The position numbers and the translations under genes were made by a program. Shown here piece after piece: positions 49,854-59,830 of a stretch of DNA of 64,000 bases. This DNA comes from a candidate division WOR-3 bacterium (GTDB lineage Bacteria; Hydrothermota; Tepidihabitantia; B3-TA06): positions 32,001 to 96,000 of the forward strand of contig CBFGKC010000007.1 in the NCBI GenBank assembly GCA_965649265.1, written 5' to 3'. The stretch's first letter is position 1. Each line of letters begins with the position of its first letter. The notes under the pieces were generated by a model, which saw only the letters and a list, made by a program, of their open reading frames with translations, had not been told where the DNA came from and did no database searches.

Positions 49854-51354
49854 AAGTTAATGCTGCTCCTGCGCTTAAAAAGTTTAATATACCGAGATTT
49901 GGAACCGCGGGATCAACCGCCGCCGCGTAGTCCGTAAATATCGCCGTCGTGGTATTTGCTCGTATGGAAAGATCAAGTTCGATGCCTTTCCAGGCAAAAG
50001 TAGACGATACGCCGAAGAAAAGTGCCGGAATTGAGTACAAGGGAACGTCTTCGATCTTGGTTACGCGGTAGAACAAACCCTGACTGAAGCGAAGAGGAAT
50101 CTTGTAATCGTTACCGAAGACATATCCGAAACCTGTGCCCAGAAAAGCCTCCGAAGTACCCTGGCCCCAGGTTCGCGCAAGTGAAAAGGTCGCATCGATT
50201 ATCCAGTTGCCTGGTGTGCCCTGTATGCCTGCGCGCAGCCCCGTTCTCGGCGGAAGGGTAAGAAGTTCGCTCGATTCACCGCTCGATTCTCTCAGGCTGT
50301 CGTAGCCTAAAACAATTCTCATCTGGCCCTCGATCGTTCTTGAATCCTGGTTTACCTCAAGGTTCTGGGTGTTTATCTCGACAATTCGGGGCAGGCCGCC
50401 CCGGATGCTTCTTCCGTTGCCGACTTCAAGGATCTGAGCGCCCAAGTCCTGGCTCAAGGATGCCCCCCAGCTGAAGTCGTCGCCAGGTTTCTGGATGCCG
50501 AGAACGGCTCCCAGTTCCGTGCCCTTGAGGGAGGTAAGGTAGCGGTTTGCATAGAGTTCGCCCCCCTCGATAACGGCGGAAAGCTGAACACCCACGTCCC
50601 ATTCCTGGGACTCGGAGTACACATTGGCTCCGGTGGGTTTAAGGATCGGCGTCATGGTATCGGTGTAGTCGATGAAACCGTCGTAAGTATTCAACCTGAA
50701 CGAAAGCCCATAGTTTATCCCGTTATCCTGGGTGGCAAGCATGAGATAAAAGGGCGTGGTGCTCATCTTTGTTATGTTTTCGATCGATATGAGTCCTCCA
50801 CCCTTGCCGTAAAGATCTATGAGTATCGGAACGGTCATGGGCTCATCTGCACCCGGAAAATCAACCTCGGTAAGTGTGTCCCGGTACGAATAGGTGGCCG
50901 TAAAATCCAGTTCGCCCCTTGCATCGAGCACACCCGAGAACTTATCTCCCTGGATATACGCAAGGCCGACAACCACGTCACCTATTCGAACGGCAGCCCC
51001 GCCGGAATAAACACCCGACGCTTCTTCGGCGTAGAGAGAGATAGGCACGGCGAATTCGCCAATAAAGGGAAGTTTCGTACTGAGGTCGAGGTCAATGCCG
51101 CCCACTCTACCGAAACCTGCAGAGATGCTTCCGGACGAAGTTTTCACGCTCGCAAGGGCCGCAGGATTCACAAGGGCTCCACGCATACCTGAAGCAGAGC
51201 CGGGATTCATGTACGAGTAATTCATAAGGTAGAGGTAGGGGTCTACATAGTTGTAAATTATAGCGCCTGTAATACCGGCACTCGCGTCAACGTGAAAGAT
51301 GGTATCTCCCCCCCACTGGCTCAAGAGAGCTGTTATTAAAAGCAAATGCCCCAT
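49843..51354 (-). CDS. Putative outer-membrane beta-barrel protein
   Basis: NPAALA motif (FadL/PorV-like), alternating beta strands, C-terminal YGF. Confidence 0.6.
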   Translation of the reverse strand: MGHLLLITALLSQWGGDTIFHVDASAGITGAIIYNYVDPYLYLMNYSYMNPGSASGMRGALVNPAALASVKTSSGSISAGFGRVGGIDLDLSTKLPFIGEFAVPISLYAEEASGVYSGGAAVRIGDVVVGLAYIQGDKFSGVLDARGELDFTATYSYRDTLTEVDFPGADEPMTVPILIDLYGKGGGLISIENITKMSTTPFYLMLATQDNGINYGLSFRLNTYDGFIDYTDTMTPILKPTGANVYSESQEWDVGVQLSAVIEGGELYANRYLTSLKGTELGAVLGIQKPGDDFSWGASLSQDLGAQILEVGNGRSIRGGLPRIVEINTQNLEVNQDSRTIEGQMRIVLGYDSLRESSGESSELLTLPPRTGLRAGIQGTPGNWIIDATFSLARTWGQGTSEAFLGTGFGYVFGNDYKIPLRFSQGLFYRVTKIEDVPLYSIPALFFGVSSTFAWKGIELDLSIRANTTTAIFTDYAAAVDPAVPNLGILNFLSAGAALTYGF

Positions 51355-51384
51355 GTAACTATTATAGCGTCACTCTATCACAAG

Positions 51385-52098
51385 TCAACTGCCTTTCGGC
51401 CTGTATACAACACTGACACCGAAGTTCATCACCTTGAAATTGGTAGGCGAATCGGTGAGGTTTGAATATGTCACACCCCAGTACTGAATCAATTCAGGTC
51501 GAATAAACCAATCTTTAACGCCTACATCCAACGTAATACCCGGACCGCCGTGAATGGTAAAAAATTCCTGTCTGGGTATCGCTTGTTTGGTTTGAAGGCT
51601 GTAGTATGATACTATTCCCTTAAACGAGAGCACCGCCCTCAACCATTTATTGATTTTCCAGCCAAAGCCTAGGGTCGGGTAACCGTCAAGCAGGTAAAAC
51701 GTGTAATTGCCGGGTTGGATGAACTTTGTGTGATGCAGGTAACCTGCACCGAAAGAGCCGGTGAATTCGAACCTCCCCTTCTCAAAGCCCCCCCTTGCAT
51801 CGAGCACAACCGCCAACGGAGACGAGTATTTGATTCCGATTTCCATGTGAGGGAGCACGCCAAGACGGAACAGTAAATCAAGGGTTCGAGTGTCATAACT
51901 GGCCGTATCGTTACTCCACATACAGAAGTTACTCGTTCCGAAGCCTATTTCACCGTTGCCCGGCTTAAGAAGCTCCGTTGAAGCATAGTTGGTATAAGCG
52001 GGAATAGAGTACCAGTCGAAATAAAGCACCTTCCCTTGAGCCCGCAGGGTTACGCTGAACCCCAGAAGGATTAAAGCAAATGCAGCGAATTTTTTCAT
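51385..52098 (-). CDS. Putative outer-membrane beta-barrel protein
   Basis: Signal peptide MKKFAAFAL, amphipathic strands ending FGVSVVY. Confidence 0.6.
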   Translation of the reverse strand: MKKFAAFALILLGFSVTLRAQGKVLYFDWYSIPAYTNYASTELLKPGNGEIGFGTSNFCMWSNDTASYDTRTLDLLFRLGVLPHMEIGIKYSSPLAVVLDARGGFEKGRFEFTGSFGAGYLHHTKFIQPGNYTFYLLDGYPTLGFGWKINKWLRAVLSFKGIVSYYSLQTKQAIPRQEFFTIHGGPGITLDVGVKDWFIRPELIQYWGVTYSNLTDSPTNFKVMNFGVSVVYRPKGS

Positions 52099-52263
52099 AG
52101 AAATCATTTTACCGTTTGTAAAATTCCTGTCAAGAAGCACCACTCCGTTCGGCAAAAAACTTTCCGGTGCGCCGAAACGCCTTTTAACGACTTAATTAGT
52201 TTCATATAATACTTAACTTAGCTTCCCCTCTTGACAACCTGGACAAATGCAGTAAATTATTCA

Positions 52264-53343
52264 ATGCTGTGCAGCAAGTGCGTATTACCTTCCACAACTC
52301 CAGGAATTGAATTTGACGAACATGGTGTATGTAATCATTGTAATAAATTCGTTTCGACCAGCTTCAAAGGAGAGGATGCTCTTCTTGCAGCCATTGATAA
52401 GTTCAGAGGTAATGGCACTTACGACGCCATCGTAACGCTTTCGGGCGGCAGGGACAGCTCATTTACAATTCTCAAGGCCGTAAAGGATTACAAGATGAAG
52501 GTTCTCGCTTTTAATTACCGGAACCCCTTCACACACCCGACAGCTATTCAAAACATCAAACGCATCAAGGAAATACTGGGCATAGAACTCATTCAATTCG
52601 ATCTGCCCGGTGATTTGCACGTCCGCTCCATGCGTCACAATTTGATTTCATGGATGAAAAATCCTTCTCTTGCAATGGTTCCAATAATGTGCGTGGCATG
52701 TAAAGTTATGTGGAAACCTGTACTGAAAATCGCGCATGAACGAGGAATAAAGATGGCCTTTTCAGGTTCAAATCCTTACGAACAAAACAGCTTCAAGCGC
52801 GAACTGCTGGGAATAAGTGCACAGGCATCGACTGCATATTACTATACCGCTTATATCTTCGGAATCATGAAAGAGGTTTTAAAGAACCTGCGATATTTCG
52901 CCCCGGAAGTACTTCCTCCAACAATCCTTGGATATCTGTACTCGGGACCCGAAGCTCCCCTGGTCAAATACTCGGGAAGGAATCTCCAGAAGGTTACTCT
53001 CTTTAATTACATACCGTGGGATGAAGAAACGGTTTTAACGAGGATCAAAAATGAACTCGGTTGGGAATCCCCGATTGATTCAACCACAACCTGGCGTTTC
53101 GATTGCATCGTTGATGACCTCAAGAACTACATTTATCAAGAACTTCTGGGTGTGACCGAAAAGGAGGACTTCTACAGCAATTTGATGCGTGCCGGGCTGA
53201 TTGATCGCAGTGAGGCCTTAAACAGGGTAAGAGTCGAAAGCGAGGTCAATATCGAAAAGGTCAAGGAAGTTTTGGACAAGGTAGGTGTTCAATTTGATGA
53301 TTTTAAACGGGTCCTGGATTCATACAAAAGGAATAGATCATAA
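52264..53343 (+). CDS. N-type ATP pyrophosphatase (WbpG/N-acetyl-sugar amidotransferase-like)
   Basis: CSKC..CNHC, PP-loop SGGRDS, CVAC, ELGW..DC. Confidence 0.8.
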   Translation: MLCSKCVLPSTTPGIEFDEHGVCNHCNKFVSTSFKGEDALLAAIDKFRGNGTYDAIVTLSGGRDSSFTILKAVKDYKMKVLAFNYRNPFTHPTAIQNIKRIKEILGIELIQFDLPGDLHVRSMRHNLISWMKNPSLAMVPIMCVACKVMWKPVLKIAHERGIKMAFSGSNPYEQNSFKRELLGISAQASTAYYYTAYIFGIMKEVLKNLRYFAPEVLPPTILGYLYSGPEAPLVKYSGRNLQKVTLFNYIPWDEETVLTRIKNELGWESPIDSTTTWRFDCIVDDLKNYIYQELLGVTEKEDFYSNLMRAGLIDRSEALNRVRVESEVNIEKVKEVLDKVGVQFDDFKRVLDSYKRNRS

Positions 53344-53616
53344 GACGTTTTAGTCGTCGAGAAAATCAATCTTTAAAATCTTTTCCGTTATAATATGCAC
53401 CTTAAAAAAGTTTAAGTTTTAGTCAGACGAGAATTTCAATATACTGCCGTTCCGGAGATTGAGATTTAGGTAAAATATCTTAGTCGAGTTCAGTTCTGTA
53501 GCTCAAGTAAAGCAAGGGGATTCTTGAAAGATTTCATTTTCTAGAAAAAAATCAGAAAACAAAAGAGCCTCCTCTTCATTCCTGAGGGAGAGGCTCGATA
53601 CTTGGTTTTTTGAGAT

Positions 53617-54972
53617 TTACCTTATCAATACAATCTTGGCTGTTTGTGATTTTGAGCCATTTGTTTTTATAAAGTATACTCCTTCAGGAAAACGTGCACC
53701 CCATTCTATCTGACCGGAAGATGAAGATGTTACAATTTCGTCCACCCTCCTCCCCCCTGCGTCGTAGACTGAGGCTGAAAATCCGTCAGGGCAGTTGGAG
53801 TAGTAAATGACAATCTCCGAACCGATTGAAGAGGCTATCTCTATTTCTGAGGAGGGCTGGTGTGTTGCGGGGGACGAGGAAGACGGCTCGGAGACGCCGA
53901 GCGTGTCGCAGTTGGAGTCGGTTTTAAAAAGCCAAACGTCACGATCTTTTTCTCCTACAACGATGTAGCCGCCGTCTTTTGTCTGAAGAACATCCTTGCC
54001 ATAGCATGTGTATTTTCCTAAATACTTTTTTGTCCAGACCGTATCAAGGCTGTCGTTATCGACACTTTTTACGATCGCCCAGGGGTCCCCGGTAGAGATG
54101 TAACCCCCATCACTCGTAAGGTTAATACGGTACGACCAACCTCCATTCTTAGTTTGCTTGAAATACCCCTGTTCTCCGAATCCAATGCTTCCTTTCGAAA
54201 TCCAGAAAACTGGTCCTTCAAAAACGTCAGGCCATGTGCCTGCCATAACGTAAGAACCCTTGTCTTGGGCTTGCTCTATCCATTGCACATTCCAGGCGGA
54301 TTCGTGTTTCCATTCAAAAATCTCACCAGCTAGCTCCGCGAATAGCATCACATTGTTGTTGCTTACAACTAAGTATAAGGAATCCCTGGTGGCATTTGCA
54401 CAGGAATATGCACCATCATGCTCCTTTACCCACTCAATTTTACCTTTCTCGTCAATTTTGAGAAAGACTATCTTGTTACTGTCCGGGTAGTTAATACCGC
54501 CAATGGCAACATATCCGGAATCAAAAAAGGCCGAACCGACATATCCAGAGGTTTCGTTTACTCCGTCGGTATAGTATAAAGTCGTCCAGAGTGTATCACC
54601 AAGAGAATCGGTCTTAAGAAGCCAGATGCCGAAATAATAAGAAACGAAGGATTTGCTTTCAGCTGCAATTATCCAGCCTCCATCTTCAGTTGGCCCCATC
54701 CAGGAGACGATCTCGGATTTTTCTCGCCCGTAGGTTTTTGTCCACAGGGTATCGCCAAGGGAATCAATTCTCAGGAGCCAGATATCGGTACTCCCATTTC
54801 CGAAAGACGATGTAATGGCTGCGACCACATAGCCGCCATCATTGGTTTCTAATATGCGGAAACCCGCATCTGGATGCTCCCCCCCATACGTACGTGACCA
54901 ACCTGCTTCTGCTTTTGCGGGGTTTAAAGCGATTACGGCGAACCCTAGAAAGAACACAAAGCGTTTCATCAC
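53617..54972 (-). CDS. Secreted repeat (propeller-like) protein with T9SS-like CTD
   Basis: Signal peptide, DGGY..G..WLLKTDS.GDTLW repeats, YDAGGR..GVYF..KIVLIR tail. Confidence 0.82.
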   Translation of the reverse strand: MMKRFVFFLGFAVIALNPAKAEAGWSRTYGGEHPDAGFRILETNDGGYVVAAITSSFGNGSTDIWLLRIDSLGDTLWTKTYGREKSEIVSWMGPTEDGGWIIAAESKSFVSYYFGIWLLKTDSLGDTLWTTLYYTDGVNETSGYVGSAFFDSGYVAIGGINYPDSNKIVFLKIDEKGKIEWVKEHDGAYSCANATRDSLYLVVSNNNVMLFAELAGEIFEWKHESAWNVQWIEQAQDKGSYVMAGTWPDVFEGPVFWISKGSIGFGEQGYFKQTKNGGWSYRINLTSDGGYISTGDPWAIVKSVDNDSLDTVWTKKYLGKYTCYGKDVLQTKDGGYIVVGEKDRDVWLFKTDSNCDTLGVSEPSSSSPATHQPSSEIEIASSIGSEIVIYYSNCPDGFSASVYDAGGRRVDEIVTSSSSGQIEWGARFPEGVYFIKTNGSKSQTAKIVLIR

Positions 54973-55085
54973 TTCCTCCTTTAGTCTGACTCATTCCTCG
55001 TATAAATTTTAGGAAAAATGCAGAGGTTGTCAAGTCGTTTTTTTGCTTTGTGTTGACTTAAGGCGTGTGCTTCATATTATTAAGT

Positions 55086-56132
55086 ATGCAGACAACACGC
55101 GAAGAGCTTCTTGCAAAAATAGAGAAGCGTGAGCTCGAGTCGGTAACACTCGTTCACGGTGAGGAACCGTTCTTTACGGACGAAGTAGTTTCCGCGCTCC
55201 GGGCTGTTTACAAGGATGTATCGGGCTGGGGATTTGAGGTAGTAGACGCTCAGACGCTCGACGCCAGGGGACTTGCGGCATCGGCGGCTACGCTCGCGTT
55301 CGATTCCGGAACAAAAGTGACCGTCGTGCGCTCAGCGTCGCGACTGAGGAAGGATCAGCTTGAGGTTATTGAGAAGATTGCTTCGAGACAGGCAAAGGAG
55401 CGTGCGGTGGTTCTTCTGGCGGACAAGGAGGGTAAGGCCGTGGACGCACTGGTCAAGTGGGCGAAGGAACGCAAGATAATGACTTGTCAGCTTCAATCCC
55501 TCAAACCCGCGGAAATGACCTCCTGGCTGAAGGCCGAATCGACGAAAAGGGGATTCAGCGTGGACGAGGAGACCCAAGGGTTCATGCTCGATCTTTCCTC
55601 CGGAAACCTGCTTGCGATGTCGCAGATACTCGACAAACTCGACCTCTTCAGGGGCGGGAAGACGAAGGTCTATTTCAAGGACGTGGAAGACCTGCTCGCC
55701 GATTCTTTCGAGAAAGGCGTCTACGACTGCGTAAGGGCGGTTTTTGAACGCAACCGCGACAAGGCCGCAAAGGAGATGAAAAGGGTGCTGCGATTCGGCA
55801 CAGGACAGGGGATTACGGAGCTTCTGTACGCGCTCTCGAGAGAGACGTTCACGCTTCTCAAGTACCAGCTCTTAAAGGAGAAGGGGCTTTCAAAGGATGC
55901 CCTGGGAAAGGAGTTGAGGCTCGGCTCAAGGGCGTGGCTCTTGAACAAGGAGTATCCGGAACGCGCCCGCAACTGGCCCAAGGAGAAGCTGGAGAGACTT
56001 TTACACAGGCTGGCCGACGTCGACATCGCGACAAGGATCACGGGAAGGGACGCCGAGGCCATGCTCGAACAGATTGTCATCGGAAATTTGGCACCAACAA
56101 GCGTTGAGGATTTTGATGAAATATTCGTTTAA
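55086..56132 (+). CDS. holA: DNA polymerase III delta subunit
   Basis: HGEEPF, W....RG..V, LDKL.L, D...TG..LE; adjacent to leuS. Confidence 0.85.
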   Translation: MQTTREELLAKIEKRELESVTLVHGEEPFFTDEVVSALRAVYKDVSGWGFEVVDAQTLDARGLAASAATLAFDSGTKVTVVRSASRLRKDQLEVIEKIASRQAKERAVVLLADKEGKAVDALVKWAKERKIMTCQLQSLKPAEMTSWLKAESTKRGFSVDEETQGFMLDLSSGNLLAMSQILDKLDLFRGGKTKVYFKDVEDLLADSFEKGVYDCVRAVFERNRDKAAKEMKRVLRFGTGQGITELLYALSRETFTLLKYQLLKEKGLSKDALGKELRLGSRAWLLNKEYPERARNWPKEKLERLLHRLADVDIATRITGRDAEAMLEQIVIGNLAPTSVEDFDEIFV

Positions 56133-58596
56133 AGAAATAGAGGCCAGGTGGCTCAAACGCTGGCAGGAATGCAAGCTTTACGATACGCCGAGGGAACCGG
56201 GAAAGAAGTTCTACCAGCTCGAGATGTTCGTATACCCTTCGGGGGACATCCACATAGGCCATTTCAGGAATTATACCATAGGCGATTTCGTGTGGCGCTA
56301 CAAAAGGATGCAGGGCTTCGATCTCTTTCACCCCTTCGGATTCGACGCGTTCGGCCTGCCTGCCGAGGAGGCCGCCATCAAACGCGGCATATCGCCGAGA
56401 CAATGGACCGAGGCGAACATTGAAACCTCGACGAGAACGCTCAAGGATCTGGGTCTGAGCTACGACTGGACTACGGAAGTGCGCACCTGCGATCCCGAGT
56501 ATTACAGGTGGACGCAATGGCTTTTCGTAAAACTCTTCGAGAAAGGCCTTGCCTACCGTGCTAAATCGTTCGTAAACTGGTGCCCAAAATGCAAAACGGT
56601 TCTGGCCAACGAACAGGTCGTCGCAGGACAGTGCTGGCGGTGCGATTCGGTGGTGGAGAAGAAAGAACTCGAGCAGTGGTACTTCAAGATTACGGATTAT
56701 GCGCAGAGGTTACTTGACGGCATTGAGAAACTGGATAAGTGGCCGGAGCCCATCCGGATTATGCAGCGCAACTGGATAGGACGCTCAGAGGGCGCCGAGC
56801 TAATATTCGAGCTGAAAGAGCGGCCGGACGTCAAGCTGCCTGTGTTCACGACTAGACCGGACACCGTGTACGGCGTGACATTCATGGCTATCGCGCCCGA
56901 GCACAGGCTTGTCTCGAAGCTGCTGGAGCAGATGCCGAACAAGGAAAAGGTTAAGGCCTACAGGGATAAGGCGCTTGCGAAGTCGGAGATAGAGCGTCTT
57001 GCCGAGGATAGGGAGAAGGACGGCATAGACACAGGGTTGAGGGTCAAAAACCCATTCAGTGGTGACGACGTGCAGCTGTGGGTCGCCGACTACGTCGTGG
57101 CGTCTTATGGAACCGGCATCGTGATGGCCGTTCCCGCTCATGACCAGAGGGATTTCGAGTTCGCAAAAGCATACCACATAACGATAAAGGTGGTGATCCA
57201 GCCCCCTGACCGCAAACTTGTCGTTGGGGATATGACCGGGGCATACGTGGAGCCTGGTGTGATGGTTTCCTCAGGACCCTTCGATGGGACCCCCTCCCCC
57301 GAGGGTATAAAGAAGGTGGCGGAGTATGCGGCTGAGAAGGGCTTGGGAAAGCCGACGGTTTCATACAGATTGAGAGACTGGCTCATCTCCCGCCAGCGCT
57401 ACTGGGGGGCACCCATTCCCATGATCCACTGCCCCAGGTGCGGCATAGTGCCCGTACCCGAAAAGGACCTGCCCGTGCTTCTGCCGGACGAGTCAAAGGT
57501 AGACCTCATACCAAAGGGCCGCTCGCCAATGGAGTCGGTGCCCGAGTTCATGAACACGAAGTGCCCGAAGTGCGGCGCGGACGCGAAACGCGACGCGGAC
57601 ACCATGGATACCTTTGTGGATTCGTCGTGGTATCAGCTGAGATATGTGGATCCGAAAAACGGAAAGGAGATATTTTCGAGGAAGGAAGCGGAAAAATGGC
57701 TGCCGGTCGATTTGTACATCGGCGGTGCCGAGCACGCAACCGGACACCTCATTTACTTCAGGTTCTTCACGATGTTCCTGTACGACCTCGGGGTCTCGCC
57801 CGTCGAAGAGCCCGTGGTAAAGCTCTTCAATCATGGAATGGTTCTCGATTCAAAGGGCGACGTAATGAGCAAATCCAAGGGCAACGCGGTATCACCCAGA
57901 GACCTCATCGAACGCATAGGCGTCGATGCGGCACGAGTTGCCATGTTCTTCTTCGCGCCGCCGGACCGCGAAGTGCTCTGGTCGGAGTCGAACGTGAAAG
58001 GTTCGAGCAGATTTCTGGAGCGCGTTTACGCTGAAGGTATGGCTGCGGCAGAAATAGAGAAAAAATCGATAAATAAGGATGGGAACGAGGGTGAAATCTA
58101 CAAAGCTATCGAGAAGACGGTCAAGCAGGTCACCGAGGATGCGGCCGAGATGAGTTACAACACCGCGGTCGCGCGTATGATGGAGTTCATGAACCTTTAC
58201 TCGAATTCGACGGCAAAGGAGACCCCAACCGCACGGTACGCCATGGAAAAGCTCGTGCTGATACTGGCGCCCTTCGCACCCTTCATTGCAGAGGAGCTGT
58301 GGGAGGCGTTCGGGCATAAGGAAAGCGTCTTCCTCTCCAAATGGCCCGGATACGATAAGACGGCGGTCGTCGAGGAAATGATAACAATCCCGATTCAGGT
58401 CAATGGAAAACTACGAGCGAGAATGGAAGCGGCTAAGGATACACCTGAGCAGACAGTTGTAAAACAATCCGGGTACTTTGTCGAATCTTATCTTGAAGGT
58501 AAAAGCTATAGATACATCTATGTTCCGAACCGATTAATTAATTATATAGTCGGTGAGACCCTACCACCAGATTCTTCTGCCAAGAAAAAAGACTAA
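56116..58596 (+). CDS. leuS: Leucine--tRNA ligase
   Basis: MFVYPSG.IHIGH, DAFGLPAE, FTTRPDT, RDWLISRQRYWG, VMSKS, QVNGKLR. Confidence 0.97.
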   Translation: MKYSFKEIEARWLKRWQECKLYDTPREPGKKFYQLEMFVYPSGDIHIGHFRNYTIGDFVWRYKRMQGFDLFHPFGFDAFGLPAEEAAIKRGISPRQWTEANIETSTRTLKDLGLSYDWTTEVRTCDPEYYRWTQWLFVKLFEKGLAYRAKSFVNWCPKCKTVLANEQVVAGQCWRCDSVVEKKELEQWYFKITDYAQRLLDGIEKLDKWPEPIRIMQRNWIGRSEGAELIFELKERPDVKLPVFTTRPDTVYGVTFMAIAPEHRLVSKLLEQMPNKEKVKAYRDKALAKSEIERLAEDREKDGIDTGLRVKNPFSGDDVQLWVADYVVASYGTGIVMAVPAHDQRDFEFAKAYHITIKVVIQPPDRKLVVGDMTGAYVEPGVMVSSGPFDGTPSPEGIKKVAEYAAEKGLGKPTVSYRLRDWLISRQRYWGAPIPMIHCPRCGIVPVPEKDLPVLLPDESKVDLIPKGRSPMESVPEFMNTKCPKCGADAKRDADTMDTFVDSSWYQLRYVDPKNGKEIFSRKEAEKWLPVDLYIGGAEHATGHLIYFRFFTMFLYDLGVSPVEEPVVKLFNHGMVLDSKGDVMSKSKGNAVSPRDLIERIGVDAARVAMFFFAPPDREVLWSESNVKGSSRFLERVYAEGMAAAEIEKKSINKDGNEGEIYKAIEKTVKQVTEDAAEMSYNTAVARMMEFMNLYSNSTAKETPTARYAMEKLVLILAPFAPFIAEELWEAFGHKESVFLSKWPGYDKTAVVEEMITIPIQVNGKLRARMEAAKDTPEQTVVKQSGYFVESYLEGKSYRYIYVPNRLINYIVGETLPPDSSAKKKD

Positions 58597-58618
58597 CACT
58601 TCAAACTAACTTACTACC

Positions 58619-58656
58619 GGGGTCCCCGAACGAATGCGAAGCAGTCGTTTGGGGTG
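58619..58656 (+). repeat. GGGGTCCCC..TGGGGT hairpin repeat copy
   Basis: CCCCG-AACGA-AT-GC-GAA-GC-AG-TCGTT-TGGGG. Confidence 0.78.
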
Positions 58657-58658
58657 AA

Positions 58659-58742
58659 CTTGAGGCAGTAAAGCAGTACCTTACCGGAAAGCCTAAGAAG
58701 ATTGTTTTTGTACCCGGCAGACTCCTCAACTTTGTCATCTGA
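58659..58742 (+). pseudogene. leuS: Stranded leuS 3' end (fragment)
   Basis: Translates LEAVKQYLTGKPKKIVFVPGRLLNFVI*, a canonical LeuRS C-terminus that aligns with VESYLEGKSYRYIYVPNRLINYIV in the intact gene. Confidence 0.82.
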
Positions 58743-58912
58743 CCCCCGGGATCCCCACATGCATGTGAGGCAGACGTATGCGGAAAATACACTCGCCTTT
58801 GTACCTTGCAACCCGCTCATTAGGCTGCACCGGGACCAAATCAAACAAGAAAGTCAATCTAAGGAGCACGTTTGCGGCTTGACATATTGAAAGTTCAAGC
58901 TAAACTCAAGAC

Positions 58913-59830
58913 ATGAAAAGCATCCTTGCATTTACACTACTTATAGCAGGAGCGCTTACTGCCCTGGAGGTGGGTGAAACCGGTCTGAACCATTTAAGGA
59001 TTCAGCCCTCGGCCCGCAGTCAGGGAATGGGTGGTATCTCGCTTGGGTTGGCGGATAACCCACAAGCGTTCTTTGGAAACCCGGCAGGGCTTTCCCTGAG
59101 GGAAAGTCCCTTATTGACAGCAAACTACATGCCGTATCCAGCAGGCATACACGTCGGTTCCTTCTCGTTCCAGCCCAAAAGCATGGGAGTCTTCCGCTTC
59201 TCTGCCGACGCCTTTTATTTGAATTCGGGAACAATGACACGCACGAGCCCGACGAACGAGGAACTCGGAACCTTTGGATACCAGGTGATAAACCTCGGCG
59301 GAGCCGCGGCATATTCGATAATCGAAAACCTCAGCGTGGGCGGAAACCTCAAGCTCCACCTTGCAACCGCGGACTCCAACATGCAGATTGCCGCGGGAGT
59401 GGACATCGGAGCCATGTACTCGAATCTTGTCCCCGGACTCAATATCGGACTTGTCGTACAGAACGTGGCATATGAAATAAAACCGTTCGTCGAGGAACGC
59501 TCCGCGATGCCGGTAGGAATCGGAGGTGGAATCAGTTATTCCGGATTAAAGAAGCTTTTGGTCGGCTTGGATGTCTCCAAGCCGCTCGACGCGCCCTTGA
59601 TAGTACGTGGCGGCGTTGAGTTCACACCTGTTGAGTTCCTTGCACTGCGTGCCGGGTATTCCTCCGAAGGCTCGGCCTGGAAGACCGGGGCCACTGGTGC
59701 AGACATTCTGGCAGGCTTCTCGCTTGGAATAGGTTTAGGGAACCTGGCCGGCGTCTCGCTCGATTACGCGATCACGCCCGCAATAGACCTGGGGTTGTTT
59801 CATCGAATCTCGCTCGCATACAGCTTCTAG
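58913..59830 (+). CDS. PorV/PorQ family outer-membrane protein
   Basis: L.I.PSARSQGMGG, AFFGNPAGL, D.G..Y, LALRAGY, DYA..LG..HRISL.Y.F. Confidence 0.85.
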   Translation: MKSILAFTLLIAGALTALEVGETGLNHLRIQPSARSQGMGGISLGLADNPQAFFGNPAGLSLRESPLLTANYMPYPAGIHVGSFSFQPKSMGVFRFSADAFYLNSGTMTRTSPTNEELGTFGYQVINLGGAAAYSIIENLSVGGNLKLHLATADSNMQIAAGVDIGAMYSNLVPGLNIGLVVQNVAYEIKPFVEERSAMPVGIGGGISYSGLKKLLVGLDVSKPLDAPLIVRGGVEFTPVEFLALRAGYSSEGSAWKTGATGADILAGFSLGIGLGNLAGVSLDYAITPAIDLGLFHRISLAYSF

